Below are positions 51,332-64,000 of a stretch of 64,000 bases of DNA, piece after piece (the first letter of the stretch is position 1; each line of letters starts with the position of its first letter). The notes beneath the pieces are model-generated. The model saw only the letters and a list, made by a program, of their open reading frames with translations. It was not told the DNA's origin and made no database searches. Made by a program: the position numbers and the translations under genes. Source of the DNA: Octopus sinensis (Eukaryota); NCBI RefSeq assembly GCF_006345805.1, contig NC_043005.1, positions 65,286,001-65,350,000 on the forward strand, given 5' to 3'.

Positions 51332-52600
51332 ATGAGGCAAGATTGAAAAATGCTGCAGAGGTCTCAGTTCGTAGTTTCAGAATAAATTCGATGATAAAGT
51401 AATCTAATTTAGATGTCGGTCTACTTAAGCGCAAAAGACAATAGAAGAATGCAGATAGTATCGCCGGCATAGCAGAGAGCATTGTTGATGATAAATTGCT
51501 AACAAATAGGGGGATAAGAGTGGAGTGGGATAAATCTGAATCCTGGTAGCAATGTTTAGAGGTATCCCTGTCATCGATCCATAGGATCCAAAGCATCGAT
51601 CCATAGGATGAAAAACAAATGAAGACATATACAAGCAGTTTTTGTTCAGAAATTCGCATGGCAGACAGCTTCGCTGATGTAATGAGGGGGATTACCTGAT
51701 GGACAATGAGATAGAAGAGGAGATCGCTATTAGTATGGGTTTCACAAAATCCATTTCTACTGATAGTAGCGAGAGAGGGGGTGACAGACAGAGAGAGGGA
51801 GATTCACAGTATAGGTATAGGAATCTAAAGTTGTTAACAGCTGCCACTGTCTTTGAGATATTGGAAAGGAGTACTTTAAGTAGTGCAGCTAAAAGTATCA
51901 GTCATAGTTGCCACCTTAGGAATGGTGCCCTTTATACATCATTTTCAAAGAAAATTATATATCTCTGGAGGGGGAGAGAGAGAAAGAGAAAGCGTGAGAT
52001 AGATAAATAAATAGAGAGAGGAGGAAGAGAGTAAGGGATTGACAATAGACACCATCTCTGGAACACATAACTTAAGTGTAATAAAAGAGATATTGTTGGG
52101 GAGGGTGGGTGGATTTATGGATTTTCAGCATCCGGAGGTATTTTCACATGTAATACATTTATGGGCGGTCGGACGCCTAATGGTAGATGTAGATGCCTCA
52201 TGTGTGCAGTGTAGAGTTTTGTGAAAGTGAGCAGCATATGTTATGGCTTTCTCCACAATCGATTAAAGGAATTGGATGAAATTTGAGAAGCTGGAAAGCT
52301 TATGGTTAGTGCATTGCCTTTGTAATCTGTGCTTTTTGATTGAACTCTAGAAGCACAGATATGAGTGAACTGCTTAGTGGATTTGTCTCTGTGTATTTTC
52401 ATTGTGTTTGGTATGGAGACGACAGATGGACTTGGAGGTATGAATGAAGAAGATTTTGAGCAAGAATTGGAAAACCTCAATGCTGATATGCTGCCATCTA
52501 TGTGAGAGAAATGAATCGCGGGGAGAGGAAACTTTACATATGCATAGACATCTGCCGGCTCGAGATTTAAGTAAATAGTGAAAGTGGACAACAGAGATTG
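51219..52600 (-). mobile_element. Possible highly degenerate LINE (endonuclease to early RT region)
   Basis: NYELRPLQHFSILPHPRSKIYN resembles the LINE RT motif NYRPISIL..SKI; many stops. Confidence 0.4.
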
Positions 52601-54003
52601 ACAGATTTGTGTCAGAAGAATTTGTATGACTACAAGAATTGATAGATATTTATCACAAAGGGGAATAAGAATTTGTATTTTGTGTGTTAGTAAGAGTTTG
52701 TGTGTTTTCTACAATTATATGATCTATAGCAGGAAGGTTTCTTTTAAAAGTGTTCAATATTTTGTGAAAAGACCAAATTTTATGATTGACTGATTCTTGC
52801 TAAATGTAGTTGTTTGAAATTGATGCTATTAGTTTCTTCACAAAGCAAGTTATTGTTGGTGGGTGAAAGCAGAAAAAGGTAGAATTAACTACGCGGAAGA
52901 AATTGCATTTCTTATGGTTATTGTAGTTGACATCACTGGTTTAATCTTCAAGGTACAACATTCTTAGAAACGTCGTGCGCTATTGTGAGCACTGGGGTCG
53001 GAATTTCTTTTAAGTACAATATTTAAAGCAGGTACAATACTTATGTTCTAAACACATTTTCAAAACCTTTTATAACTATCAAGATATGAATATGTCGATC
53101 AGCGGGTCCTTTCATTATGTTATTGGTGAGCAGTAATATACCAAATGATGTGTTATGGTTCAGTATAATTTCGTTACATAACAACAATTTAGCTAAAATA
53201 TCTAAAAAGAGCCAGAAAGAGGAATATGCTGTATGGAAAACTTTAACAAACTATAAATAATATACAGCTACACAAAATTAGCTTCTAGTTCATTAAAACA
53301 ATTTGCTAGAGTGGGGCGATTTAAAGAATCACCATTCTCCATAAATTAAAGGAATTACAGATAGAAATTTATTTCTATCTCTGACAATTTTGTTGTAATT
53401 ATTTCTTACCACATTAATATCAAAGAATCATCCGCATACTGTTCATATATGTACGTGGAGACTGATATAAAATCACAGATATTACTTGAAGGTCTTGAAT
53501 ACTTCAAATTTTGACTTGAATTGTCCATATTTTAAAACCAAGACCAGCAGTTGAAGTAGTGATAATTTCGAAATGCACATGTAGAAATTTCTGCAATTCT
53601 AAATACCTTAAATTATCATATACTTGAAAATATATGACTTAGGATATGAATCGTGATAATTATTCTTAAGTTCCAAAGTCGCATTGCCGAAAGGGTTTCT
53701 GTCACTCCAAACTATAATCATTTACAAGTCGAACGGCATCCAAGAAAATAAATATTCCTAATGGGATTAATTTGATATATATACTATTTAATTAATTACA
53801 GATTTGAGATATCGGCTGCAGTTATTGACACATGAAATAATACAAATTTAGAAACAATAGGCGACGAATCTCTATGCATGAACTATATTCGATGTTAAAT
53901 CCCATTGTGGATATATTTATAAAGAAAAGATACATTCTGATAACATATGTAGCTTGAGTATTGTTGTTGATTATCTAAAACAGCAATGTAGCAGTAGCAA
54001 GCC

Positions 54004-54445
54004 AATCATCATCATCATTGTTCGACCGTGGTCGAGACAATGGAATTTACCATGTTGCGCCAGACTTCACGGTCCATCATAGCATTACGGAGGTCCTGTT
54101 GCTGGATGCCTGTATCCCTGGAGATTACATCAGGGTAGGAGAGTGTGCGCCCTCTGGTGTTGTGAGTAGATGGCTTCTAGAGGAGAAGAGTAGAAATTAC
54201 TTCTTTTTCAGCTCTACAACAATGTCCAGCAAACTGGACTCTTCTACCTTTCACAAGAGATGACACAGGTGGTAATTTCCCATATATTTGCATTTTAGTT
54301 GGATGGCGCCTCCACGAGAGATTTTGAGCTCTCATAAGGAGGCAAGTGTAGGTTCCATCCAACCGCTTCTCAAGCTTCTTTGATAACGTCCAGGTTTCTG
54401 AGCCATATAGCAAGCCAAAGGGAATAAGCACCATGGTATTCTCTG
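54004..54445 (-). mobile_element. 3' fragment of an RTE-clade LINE with a (TGA)n tail
   Basis: LLYGSETWTLSKKLEKRLDGTYT..RRVQFAGHCCR, continuing to MMDREVWRNMV..VEQ-stop, followed by (TGA)n. Confidence 0.9.
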
Positions 54446-55256
54446 TTGTTTTGAGAAGGAGAACAAAAGACTACAACATAGATGCGTAAAGAAAGCAATG
54501 CAGTGAAGATCGATTAGTAATGATTCAGAAACAGGAAAAGGAAATACATAATGTTTCATCAAAGATGTCACAGAGGCATTGATGAAAAACAAACCGGAAA
54601 TAAATAGCAGAAAATAACGTCTGTGGGACTGGAAATGTCAAAGTCATTCCTAGTTTGGTTGTGATCACGGTATGAATAGCGGAGAAATAAATGCACACAA
54701 CCGCGTGATCCATAAGAAAACACATTATTCTGATAGCATGGACGCTCTCCAACATCGCTTCCTGGAGTAAGGTTGGGGCCGAAATGATTGTGATTTCAGT
54801 TGATAAACGAATGGAATGTCCTGCAATGCAATTTATCAGAGTTATTCGAGCATTGAATGAAAAGTTTGAAGTATTTTTTTAACACTGCTATTTGGCCCTT
54901 GAACGCTTTTTGAGGAGGATGCCATGAGGATACGGTGCTACCGTCCCCGCAACAGGCTTATTGAAAAATAATTCTTGGCGATGGAAGCAGTATTAGTACC
55001 AAAAGTCAATCTTTATATTCACACCTTTTCGTTGATGTCTTGTTAGAAATTGAATATTGTATTATTCGCTTTGTGAAGTCCTCTCGTATAAACGCACGGT
55101 CCATAAAAGCACTGACATATATCATAAACGTGCTTATATCGCTAATAATTACTTCTTTTGATAAGCCTGCTGGCTATTTGTGACATCATTGACTAAAAAC
55201 ACTGACATTCTATTTATCGTGGTATCGAGATTTGGCAGCATGCGGTCACCGGCCGC

Positions 55257-55302
55257 CTGCCACTGAAGAAGTGCAGCACACTGAAATCACGTGATCTGGC
55301 AG
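55257..55302 (+). ncRNA. Type I hammerhead, intact
   Basis: CUGCCA-CUGAAGA-AGUG-CAGCA-CACU-GAAA-UCACGUGA-UC-UGGCAG; all Watson-Crick stems; predicted cleavage after C55296. Confidence 0.9.
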
Positions 55303-56499
55303 TTGTGGTGCACGTATCAGACGATTCTCGTCTGCTTCGATATATCTCTGTGCCTTTATGCACCAAGCATTCATATGAAAATACCGTTCGAGACAAATGC
55401 CATAGTATTTCTAACAAGGCAATCACATTTGCTTTTTGTTTCTTCTTTATTAAAGAACTTTTGTTGATTAACGTGAATTGTTATACTTTCTAAATGTCAT
55501 TCTCTTGCTCTCTTTGCGATTTACGACTTTCGTTCTCCCCCGATCAAATGAATCCAAATTTAGTAAACTTTTCATTTGTTCTACGCTTTTACATTCAATT
55601 ATGTCCATCATTATATTACCGTCCAATTACAATAGACAAGATTTGTGACATAGAATTCCTACTTTTCCATTTCAATCGCTATCTTTCATTTCATTGTTTC
55701 TCCGTTAAACTATCAAAACTTCTAAATTGTTCTTATATTTCCGCATGTATATTATATTTCAGTGTATTTGTCTCTCACCATGAGTTTTGATGTCTCTTTT
55801 TGTGTATAACATCAGAACAATAATAAGTTTTTCGTTTATGCTATCAATAAAGCACCTGTACATTCTCGTATTTATTTTACAGTTACACTAAGCCACACGT
55901 CAGTGTCTGACTTACAAACTGACTGACAGATTGGCTGACTGTGCCAATTAATTTAGGGGGAAGCATTTTTTGTGTATGTTGGATAATAAGAGTATTATTA
56001 GTATTAATATTCTTATGTAGATGAATTGCACACTACTAATTGATATATCTCCCACTGCCACTATTACCACCACCACCACATATATTCATTCAGTTTCACA
56101 TTTCCAAAGTCATGTATGAACTCACACTATCAGCATCTTATTAAGTAAAATTATCACAAGCGAATCCAATGTCAAATGGACAAATACAAAAAGTACGGGA
56201 TTTAACTTTTTATTTATTAATTCATATAGCTCGTTCAAATAGCACAAGTTGGTAGAGCAACGCTTTTTCGATGACAAATCTCCTCCTTATTTATTTTCAT
56301 TGTACGCAAAAATTAGTTCTGAGCAAAATCAATGTGCTAGAGGCTTCGAAACCAGATCCTGCTAGAGCCTTAGTTCCTACGGTGCTCTTACCGAAAATGA
56401 CAAGCAATGGAATCGAATCTGGAGCTCATTGTTGGGGCCAAAACAATTTACAATTTTCCTTGTAATTTATGAATTTAATTTATGTATTTTGAAAAGAGA

Positions 56500-56502
56500 G
56501 AG

Positions 56503-56571
<69 letters not shown>

Positions 56572-56791
56572 GAGAGCAAAAGAAAATGGAAAAGAGAAGT
56601 ATGAAAGAAATTAAGATATCAATAAAGAAATTAAGAAAACAATACTGATAGAAAGAAGGAAAGAAGGAAAGAAAGAAAGAAAGAAAAAAAGAAAGAAAGA
56701 AAGAAAGAAAGAAAGAAGGAAATAAAGAAGGAAAGAAAGAAAGAAAGAAGGAAATAAAGAAGGAAAGAAAGAAAGAAAGAAGGAAAGAAAA

Positions 56792-56822
<31 letters not shown>
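56500..56822. repeat. (GA)n and (GAAA)n purine tracts
   Basis: Direct reading. Confidence 0.92.
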
Positions 56823-59397
56823 GATCAAGATAAGAAAACATTAAGAACATGCCGTGGGTTTGAACTCAATACTTATGAACTGGTATTTCATTATGGTATC
56901 AGTCGTTTCACTTGAATATGTAATTATGCCTCTGCATTTATGTATTGTTAGAGAGGAATCGAGAGGAGACTGGGGAGATAAAAGAGTGAGAGAATGATGG
57001 AGATAACAAAAGAATGAGACACAGACTGGATGTGAAAGATTTCAGAGGCAGATTAATTTCGGAGTTATAGTTATATCGATGGTTTGGTAGATATATAACG
57101 GTTGCTTCATATTGATTTCTTACTATGAGAAAACGCGTGATGTTCGTTTAATATTATCCATAAATAATTTTACTTCATGGATGATATTGAGCTGAAGATT
57201 AATTGCGGTACTTTCTTTTTTATCAATTCACAGTAATAATCTTTTTATTTTATTCACAACACGCCATAGGAAAGGCATGAACATCAAGATGGACGTTTCT
57301 CACTTCTTAAAATTTCAAAGCAGTGAAACTACTCAAAAAGATAGTACATATTTTTTTTCCATGATATTATGATGCTATCAAAAGTAAGTTAAATCCGGAT
57401 ACGCATATGACTATACAGAGAGAGACTGCTTTTACTGCATCTAATCAATGTATTTATCTGATACGTGGATGATTTAAAGACATTAGCATATCAGTTTGCA
57501 TTGAGTAGCTCGATCCGATCTGATCGACCACTTATGCAATTTAACACAAGTCGGTCGTGATAAACCAGTCCCGTTCATCAAAAGCATTCCGAACACGATC
57601 ATTTCTACAGATCTAGCAACCTATATATGACGTCTGACAAAAAGAATCAGTGCGCCAGCAAGTCGACGTAGTGTGTTTCCGACTACAGTGCTGTGCGGGT
57701 GGCTTTGATCTTCCATCTACTTATAGCTACGCCGCGCTACATCAGGTAGTTATGAATTTACTTTTACTAGAGATACCTTATCAAAAATAATTGGCGATTT
57801 TTCGCCATTTCATACTGAAGACTTCTATTTTTAAGTGGGAAAAACTTTTACGGACTTATTGCTACTTCTACAACAGTCCGTTTAAGAAAATCAACTGAAC
57901 TGTAAGTAATATTTGTGCATTAACAGAGTTTCAAATCGAAGATGACATTATTGAAATCCCTCTCAAATGTGGACGGTTTTGCACGACAACCGACAATGAG
58001 TACATCGTGGAAGTGAAAATCATGATCTGTTAAAATCGTCCCCTGACAGCTTGTGAAGTTACCGAAAAAAGAAGGCATGTGTAAAAGTTTGTGCACACGT
58101 GATTTAAGAATTAAATCAAGGTGCATTTGTTGATGGTATTTCATTAAATAGTTATTTTACAGTGTTATCTTATAACCTACGATAGATTATGTATACCGGC
58201 AAATCAGTTCGATAAATCAAGATGTCTACATTTAATTTGATGGCGTCAACCAGCTATTCGACAAATTAAAGAATACAAGCAGTTTACTGCAGATTTCTAA
58301 TATGGTACACTTCAGTTGTTTCTCCTTTGTTACTTCGTTAATTGCTTAATTTTGAATAGAATAATTAATTAGAATAATTAATTAGCTTAACTGACAATTT
58401 ATGGTATTTTTCTGAACCGGCATGATAATTAAATATACTGGATGATGCAAATCTATGTTGCAAAATTCGAGACATGTAGCAGAAGAGAAACAGTAACACA
58501 GAAACTTAGAAATTACAATGAATTCTTATATTTGTGAAATCTGTATATTTTGAAAATAGTCTACATACACACAAGATGGAATAGGGCACAGAAATACTGG
58601 AAAGATAATCAGTGATATTAGAAACGATGTAGATCTGTAGGGAGTTGTCAGTTTTACATTGCAGTATTGGTGGGAGTTTAGCGCGGGATTGTCGGAAGGT
58701 GGCCTGTGATTAGGGAGCGGTTGATATGGATTTGAAAGTCTTAATAACACTGAAAGACACAAGGTCTTATTAGAGGTGAAGAGAGTTGAGGGAGCCGAAA
58801 TAAATTGTATGAGACTTGTTGATAAAATGAAAGTCATCCTCCTCCGAAAGAGAAACTAACACTTCATTGAAACATTAAGACGTGCCGCAGGAGATAACTG
58901 ATTATTGGCTTCAATTTTTGGCACAAGACTAGCAAATTCGGAGTTGCCATATCTATATCTTTGTTTTCCTTTTTCTTTTTTTTTCCTTTATTCTTCTCTT
59001 CCTGTTTTATTTTACTTTTTATTATATTATTTTGTTACTTTGTTATTTTCTTCTCAGTTTCTTCTCCTTATTCTCTCTTTTTTCTCTTTTTTTCTTTCTC
59101 CATTCTTCTCTTCCTGTTTTCGATATGACCCTACTAATACACTCCCTATTTTTAGGTCACTTTGATCACAACCCTGGATTCAATAACTCTACATGTGGAA
59201 TGACCAATTTTAAATTCTATTGGATTTTACTCGTAAGGTATTGGAATATTATATGTATACCATTCAGCCTAAAAAGAATGGATCTACACATGCAATATCC
59301 CTACATATCTCACATCTATTTTCTTTTATTTCCTCTACCTCACTCTCTATTTTATATCTTATCTAAATTCACTATTTCTTAACCATCCTCTCACACC

Positions 59398-59445
59398 GTC
59401 TCCGATGAAGAGAAATAATAAATATCCTGGAAACAGCTGTAAGAC
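59398..59445 (+). ncRNA. Degenerate hammerhead with CCGAUGA core
   Basis: GUCU-CCGAUGA-[eroded stem II]-GAAA-CAGCUG-UA-AGAC; palindromic stem III; a weak GIY-YIG-like C-terminus lies upstream. Confidence 0.6.
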
Positions 59446-59658
59446 CTTCTATCTATAAATGTTCTAAAATCTACACAGCCTTAGTTTTATATCTCCTTAC
59501 GAAATAAACTTTTTATATACACACTCTTATATATGACCAACATTGAACCCCTTATTCGCATAATCACCGAACCTAGAACTTAACTGCGGTCCATCTATTC
59601 ACTTATTCAGCATTACCTGGCACCTTTGGGTCTCAATGATACCATTACCGTTCGTAAC

Positions 59659-59730
<72 letters not shown>

Positions 59731-60135
59731 TGTATTTATATATTCTACAATTATTCTTTTTGAAAAATATTCTGAATCATAAATATCATTATGAATTAAG
59801 TTTAATATTATCTCTTGTTTTTTTTTTGTTTTGTTTTGTTTTTTTTTTGTTCCAATACTCAGGACTGTTTAGTTCCTCCAAGTTCTATTGCCGATTAATT
59901 ATTCTTTTCCCATCTTGATGAATTTAAATATTTCTTAAAACAGAGATACAAAAACCTTTGTAATTTCTAACTTAACTTTTCTATGAGTATTTATGTATGC
60001 ATTTGCGTACGTGACCTTGCATTACTACTGCTGCTACTACTACTACTACTACTAATACTACTTAACATCAATTATGTAACTACTATTACTGCTACATAAC
60101 TACTACTACATAACTACAACAACTACTACTACTAA

Positions 60136-60350
60136 TTGAGGTAGTGCTTAAAAGTTCCTAGTTTTGAGTAAAAGAAAATACAGGAAAATCAGTTAATTAT
60201 AATTTTATTCAATATATTCCTCTCTCAGCCTCACTTATTGCAGCGATCCATGAGTTTTTCTAAGCCTTGTAAAAGAAACGAAAGGTTAGGCCTCCAACCA
60301 GAACTTTCGCGATATCCTCAATGTCAGGAACTTTTCTGTACCTCCTTGTA
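60136..60350 (-). mobile_element. Internally deleted mariner derivative (MITE-like)
   Basis: Imperfect TIRs GAGGTA..AAAAGTTCCT..TTGAG at both ends; internal LQGLEKLMDRCNK resembles a mariner C-terminus. Confidence 0.5.
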
Positions 60351-60614
60351 TTTGTACTCAATCAGCCATAATAATCGCCATACACATTAAGATATTGAAA
60401 CGTTATCCCCTTGACGTAACATCTTCGAAGATGTTATTACCTGAAGAAGTGAGGCTTTATGAAAAAACATCCTCTCCATGTTGCATAATTTTGCATGTTA
60501 CATTCCAAGTTATTTAATGAATACGTGTTCTAATTAACATTAGCAACGGAAACATGTGTCATAATACGCAAAACACCCATTCTTTTTATCTTCATTATTA
60601 TGTATATAAATGTG

Positions 60615-60678
<64 letters not shown>

Positions 60679-61313
60679 AATATAGATATATATATGTATA
60701 TATATGTATATATATATGTATGTATATATATATGTATGTATGTGTATGTATATATATATATATATATATGTATCTTTATATATATGTATGTATATATACA
60801 TATATATATAAATAAATAAATAAACATATATATATATATATATATGTAATCGAAATAAGTAACAGGAAGTCAAGTAGAAATGCAGCACGACCGTTTTTGT
60901 GGATGATAACGAGATAGATAAGTTGGAAATTAATTACAACCCTATGACACCCACTAAGTACTATGCCACTCTAAAAATTGTAGTTTGTTGATCTCTTGGC
61001 TATTCTTTTTACAATAGTGACAACATGAAATTCTTCCATCCTCTTGCTCTGTTAAAATATTTAAGAAAAATTATATTAATATATTTTGTCTGTTGAAAAT
61101 CCATATTTGAGCTGCTGAAGATAGCACTGTATGTAAATGGATATAATGATTGTCTTGTTCAGTTAAATGAACCCGCTTGAAACTGCATTAGTGCTTGGCA
61201 CCCTGTTACATATTTTGATTTTAATCACGTTAGTTCGAGCTGTGCGGTTAATACCGGACTGACTTGGTGCTTCAAATTAAATATCTAATTCAACTGAATG
61301 TTAATTACTTCTC

Positions 61314-61356
<43 letters not shown>

Positions 61357-61357
61357 T

Positions 61358-61505
61358 AGTTGAAACTTATAGAAAAACAAAAGACGAAGATAGGTGCATG
61401 AACAACAAGCAAGAGTATTAGTTCGACGCTCGGGAATGTGAAAAAGTCTTTTACGTTTCCAACCTACGCTCTTCAATAGAAAGGAATAAGAGAAAATAAA
61501 CAGTA
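61358..61505 (-). mobile_element. Short PLE-type end with an eroded minimal HHR (relatives at ~14460-14572 and ~42860-42970)
   Basis: Reverse complement reads CUUU-CUAUUGA-AGAGCGUAGGUUG-GAAA-CG-UA-AAAG; flanked by (TA)n. Confidence 0.55.
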
Positions 61506-61542
61506 AATATATGTATGTGTGTATACACACACACACACACAC

Positions 61543-61616
<74 letters not shown>

Positions 61617-61660
61617 GCATATATATATATGTGTGTGTGTGTGTATACATACATACTCTT

Positions 61661-62090
61661 ATACTCTTCTACCTGTTTCAGTCATTTGACTGCGGCAATG
61701 CTGGAGCACCGCCTTTAATCGAAGAAATCGACTCCAGGACCTATTTTTTGTAAGCCTAGTACTTATTCTATCAGTCTCTTTTGCCGAACCGCTAAGTTAC
61801 GGGGACGTAACCACACCAGCATCGGCTGTGAAGCGATGTTGGGGGCAAACACAGACACACAATCATGCACACACACACGCACGCACACACATACATATAT
61901 ATATATATATATCTATATACATATATACGACGGGCTTCTTTCAGTTTCCGTCTACCAAATCCACTCACAAGGCTTTGGTCTGCCTGAGGCTATAGTAGAA
62001 GACACTTGCCCAAGGTGCCACGCAGTGGGACTGAACCCGGAACCATGTGGTTGGTACCCAAGCTACTTACGACACAACCACTCCTGCACC
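61661..62090 (-). mobile_element. SINE family A, full length
   Basis: Head GGTGCAGGAGTGGTTGTGTCGTAAG through the tail. Confidence 0.9.
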
Positions 62091-62533
62091 TTATATATAT
62101 GATCAAACAGACTACAGTGAGGTACGTGTAAAAATTGATACAATAGGTACAGTGAACCTGTCGTGAAGATTGGGAAATCTACCGTATTGAATATAGTCCT
62201 TCAGAGAACTTTATAAATTGCAACCAGTGTTTTTAACTCAGAGGATCTCCACTGTCACTCATCAAATTTTCTCCTTTCAGCTTTTCCCCTCAAGGACTGT
62301 CCGAAACGTTGGATTTTCGACTCCTTAGAGCAAATTCATTCTACTCTTTTTATCGATTTCACTGTACACACACACACACACACATTTTTTTATTTTTTTA
62401 TTTTTTATTTTATTTAGTTTCAGCTCACAAGCTGTGGCCATGCTGGGGCACCGCCATATATATATATAATTATAATTTTTTTTTAGAAAAGCATAGAAAG
62501 CATGGAATTGCTTGAGTCAAACCCGAGACGCTA

Positions 62534-63003
62534 GACAAGTACAAGAAAGACAGAGAAGTCCAGTTCAAGGAGACTACGATTGGTTTATACATATACGAAT
62601 TTAATGTGATAGAATTGTCTAAAACATATATTAATACATTACATTCAGAATATAAAGATATAGAAATGTAGAAATATATATGAATGTTAGAAATATGCAA
62701 GGACAAATAAATATATAGATATATAAATATAATAGAGTATAGATAAAAATATAGATAAGAATAATGAAATAGAGCAAGAAATTTCTTCAAAAAATTCAAA
62801 ATATATTATAGAATGGAGTATATATATATATTTGTCCTTGCATATTTCTAACATTCATATATATTTCTATATTTCTATATCTTTATATTCTGAATGTATT
62901 AATATGTTTTAGACAATTCTATCATATTAAATCCGTATATACATATATATACACCAATCGATGTCTGCCTGAGTTGAACTTCTCAGTATCTCTTGTATTT
63001 GTG
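62534..63003. repeat. Fold-back repeat (~175 bp arms, ~110 bp spacer)
   Basis: ~62534-62712 mirrors ~62826-63003; inner portion close to identical, outer portion diverged. Confidence 0.8.
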
Positions 63004-63208
63004 TGTATGACCGCGTGTGTATCGTTGGCGATTTTTTCCTCCCTTTTCCTTTCCTTGGATCTTTCCTTTTCCTATGTTTCTGACGAAGAGCTCCGCTCGG
63101 AACGTTAAATCCTCCTTCTTTCTTTCCTTCCCTGAGCGTCCAATAACACTATACTTGTTCCACGTTCTCGCGTTGTTGTGGTTTCTCTTTGTGTTTTCAT
63201 GTTTGGAT

Positions 63209-63268
<60 letters not shown>

Positions 63269-63428
63269 CATACATACATACATACATACATACATACATA
63301 CATACATACATACATACATACATACGTCTTTCACCCCTTCCTTTGTCATTATATAGTCTGTCCTTTATAAACTCCCCGATAAAGGTTTCGTATTTTTCTG
63401 TATCTCTCTGAACCCCTGTGATTAAACA

Positions 63429-63612
63429 ATGAAAAGACTGTGTTGGCTGAAAGGTCGAGCATGTGTGACAAACGCCTACAGTGTGGCTGTTATCAATTAC
63501 CACCTGAGTATCCTGCATTGTCCCTGTTCGGGTGTGGCAAGAGTGGAGCGTCTGGTCTTTCGCTTTTCGGGTAAAGGTGGCGTACCACTGCCCAGGCGTT
63601 TCATTAGAACAC
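63429..63612 (+). mobile_element. L1/Tx1-clade LINE fragment (region downstream of the RT core)
   Basis: WLKGRACVTNAYSVAVINYHL..PC..VARVERLVFRFSGKGGVPLPRR resembles the L1/Tx1 pattern LSLKGR..N....Y....P.....ER..F.FLW. Confidence 0.6.
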
Positions 63613-64000
63613 TTGTCTTCTAATATGAGATATGTTATAACTTGTTAATATTGGTATTCAGTGATAGGAGGTAAGGAAGAGACGACTTGGTTTTCATTTA
63701 CTACCAACACTCCTAAAAACATACATTAATATCACGTTGTTATCGTCTCTGTCTCCAACAATTTGTGTACATGTGATTAACTAAAAGTCTATAATTATGA
63801 TAAGCGTTATGTCCGCCTCTCAAACGAAATAATTTATTTTACTTTCTGTATTCAACTTTTCACAGATAATTTCCAATAATTATGGTTCGTGCAACAGAAA
63901 AAAAAAACATGAAAATCCCGATAAGAGATATTTCCTTTGGGCCTGACACTAATAAAAGTGTTATTCTTTCCAACTATTTATCCTTAAAATGTCCAGTTTT

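Noticed and set aside
54450-55100. Degenerate coding-like region (tyrosine-recombinase-like HSIR motif on minus; other weak motifs on plus)
   Set aside because: Motif similarity is too weak and inconsistent between strands; needs a profile-HMM search
57815-57855. CTGAAGA...GAAA pair
   Set aside because: No stem I or convincing stem II
57920-58144. Exon-like ORFs on both strands
   Set aside because: No recognisable domain or supporting neighbouring exons
62285-62320. GGAC-T-GTCC-GAAACGTT half hammerhead
   Set aside because: The CUGANGA half is missing; at most a decayed remnant

Overview
AT-rich, microsatellite-saturated, repeat-dense eukaryotic DNA with no host protein-coding exon I can support; almost all short ORFs in the track are translations of simple repeats. 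The SINE families and repeat landscape look like a cephalopod (Octopus) genome (inference). The dominant theme is Penelope-like retroelements (PLEs). These include a ~6.9 kb head-to-head palindromic PLE (RT with GLYRDD plus GIY-YIG), three further GIY-YIG remnants, and many short PLE-type ends next to (TA)n arrays, often as fold-backs. By manual base-pairing I found about 15 hammerhead-ribozyme (HHR) motifs. They include intact type I ribozymes, a G3-C8 compensatory core swap, a recurrent CCGANGA core in three unrelated contexts and, most interesting, two families whose three hammerhead strands are in a non-circularly permuted (pseudoknotted) order. Also present are a TIR-bounded mariner with a nested SINE, other mariner and maT (DD37D) relics, RTE and L1/Tx1 fragments, a Helitron-type 3' end, several tRNA-derived SINE families and an unexplained 1.9 kb palindrome. 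All structures were read by eye; none is computationally or experimentally verified, and many boundaries are approximate.
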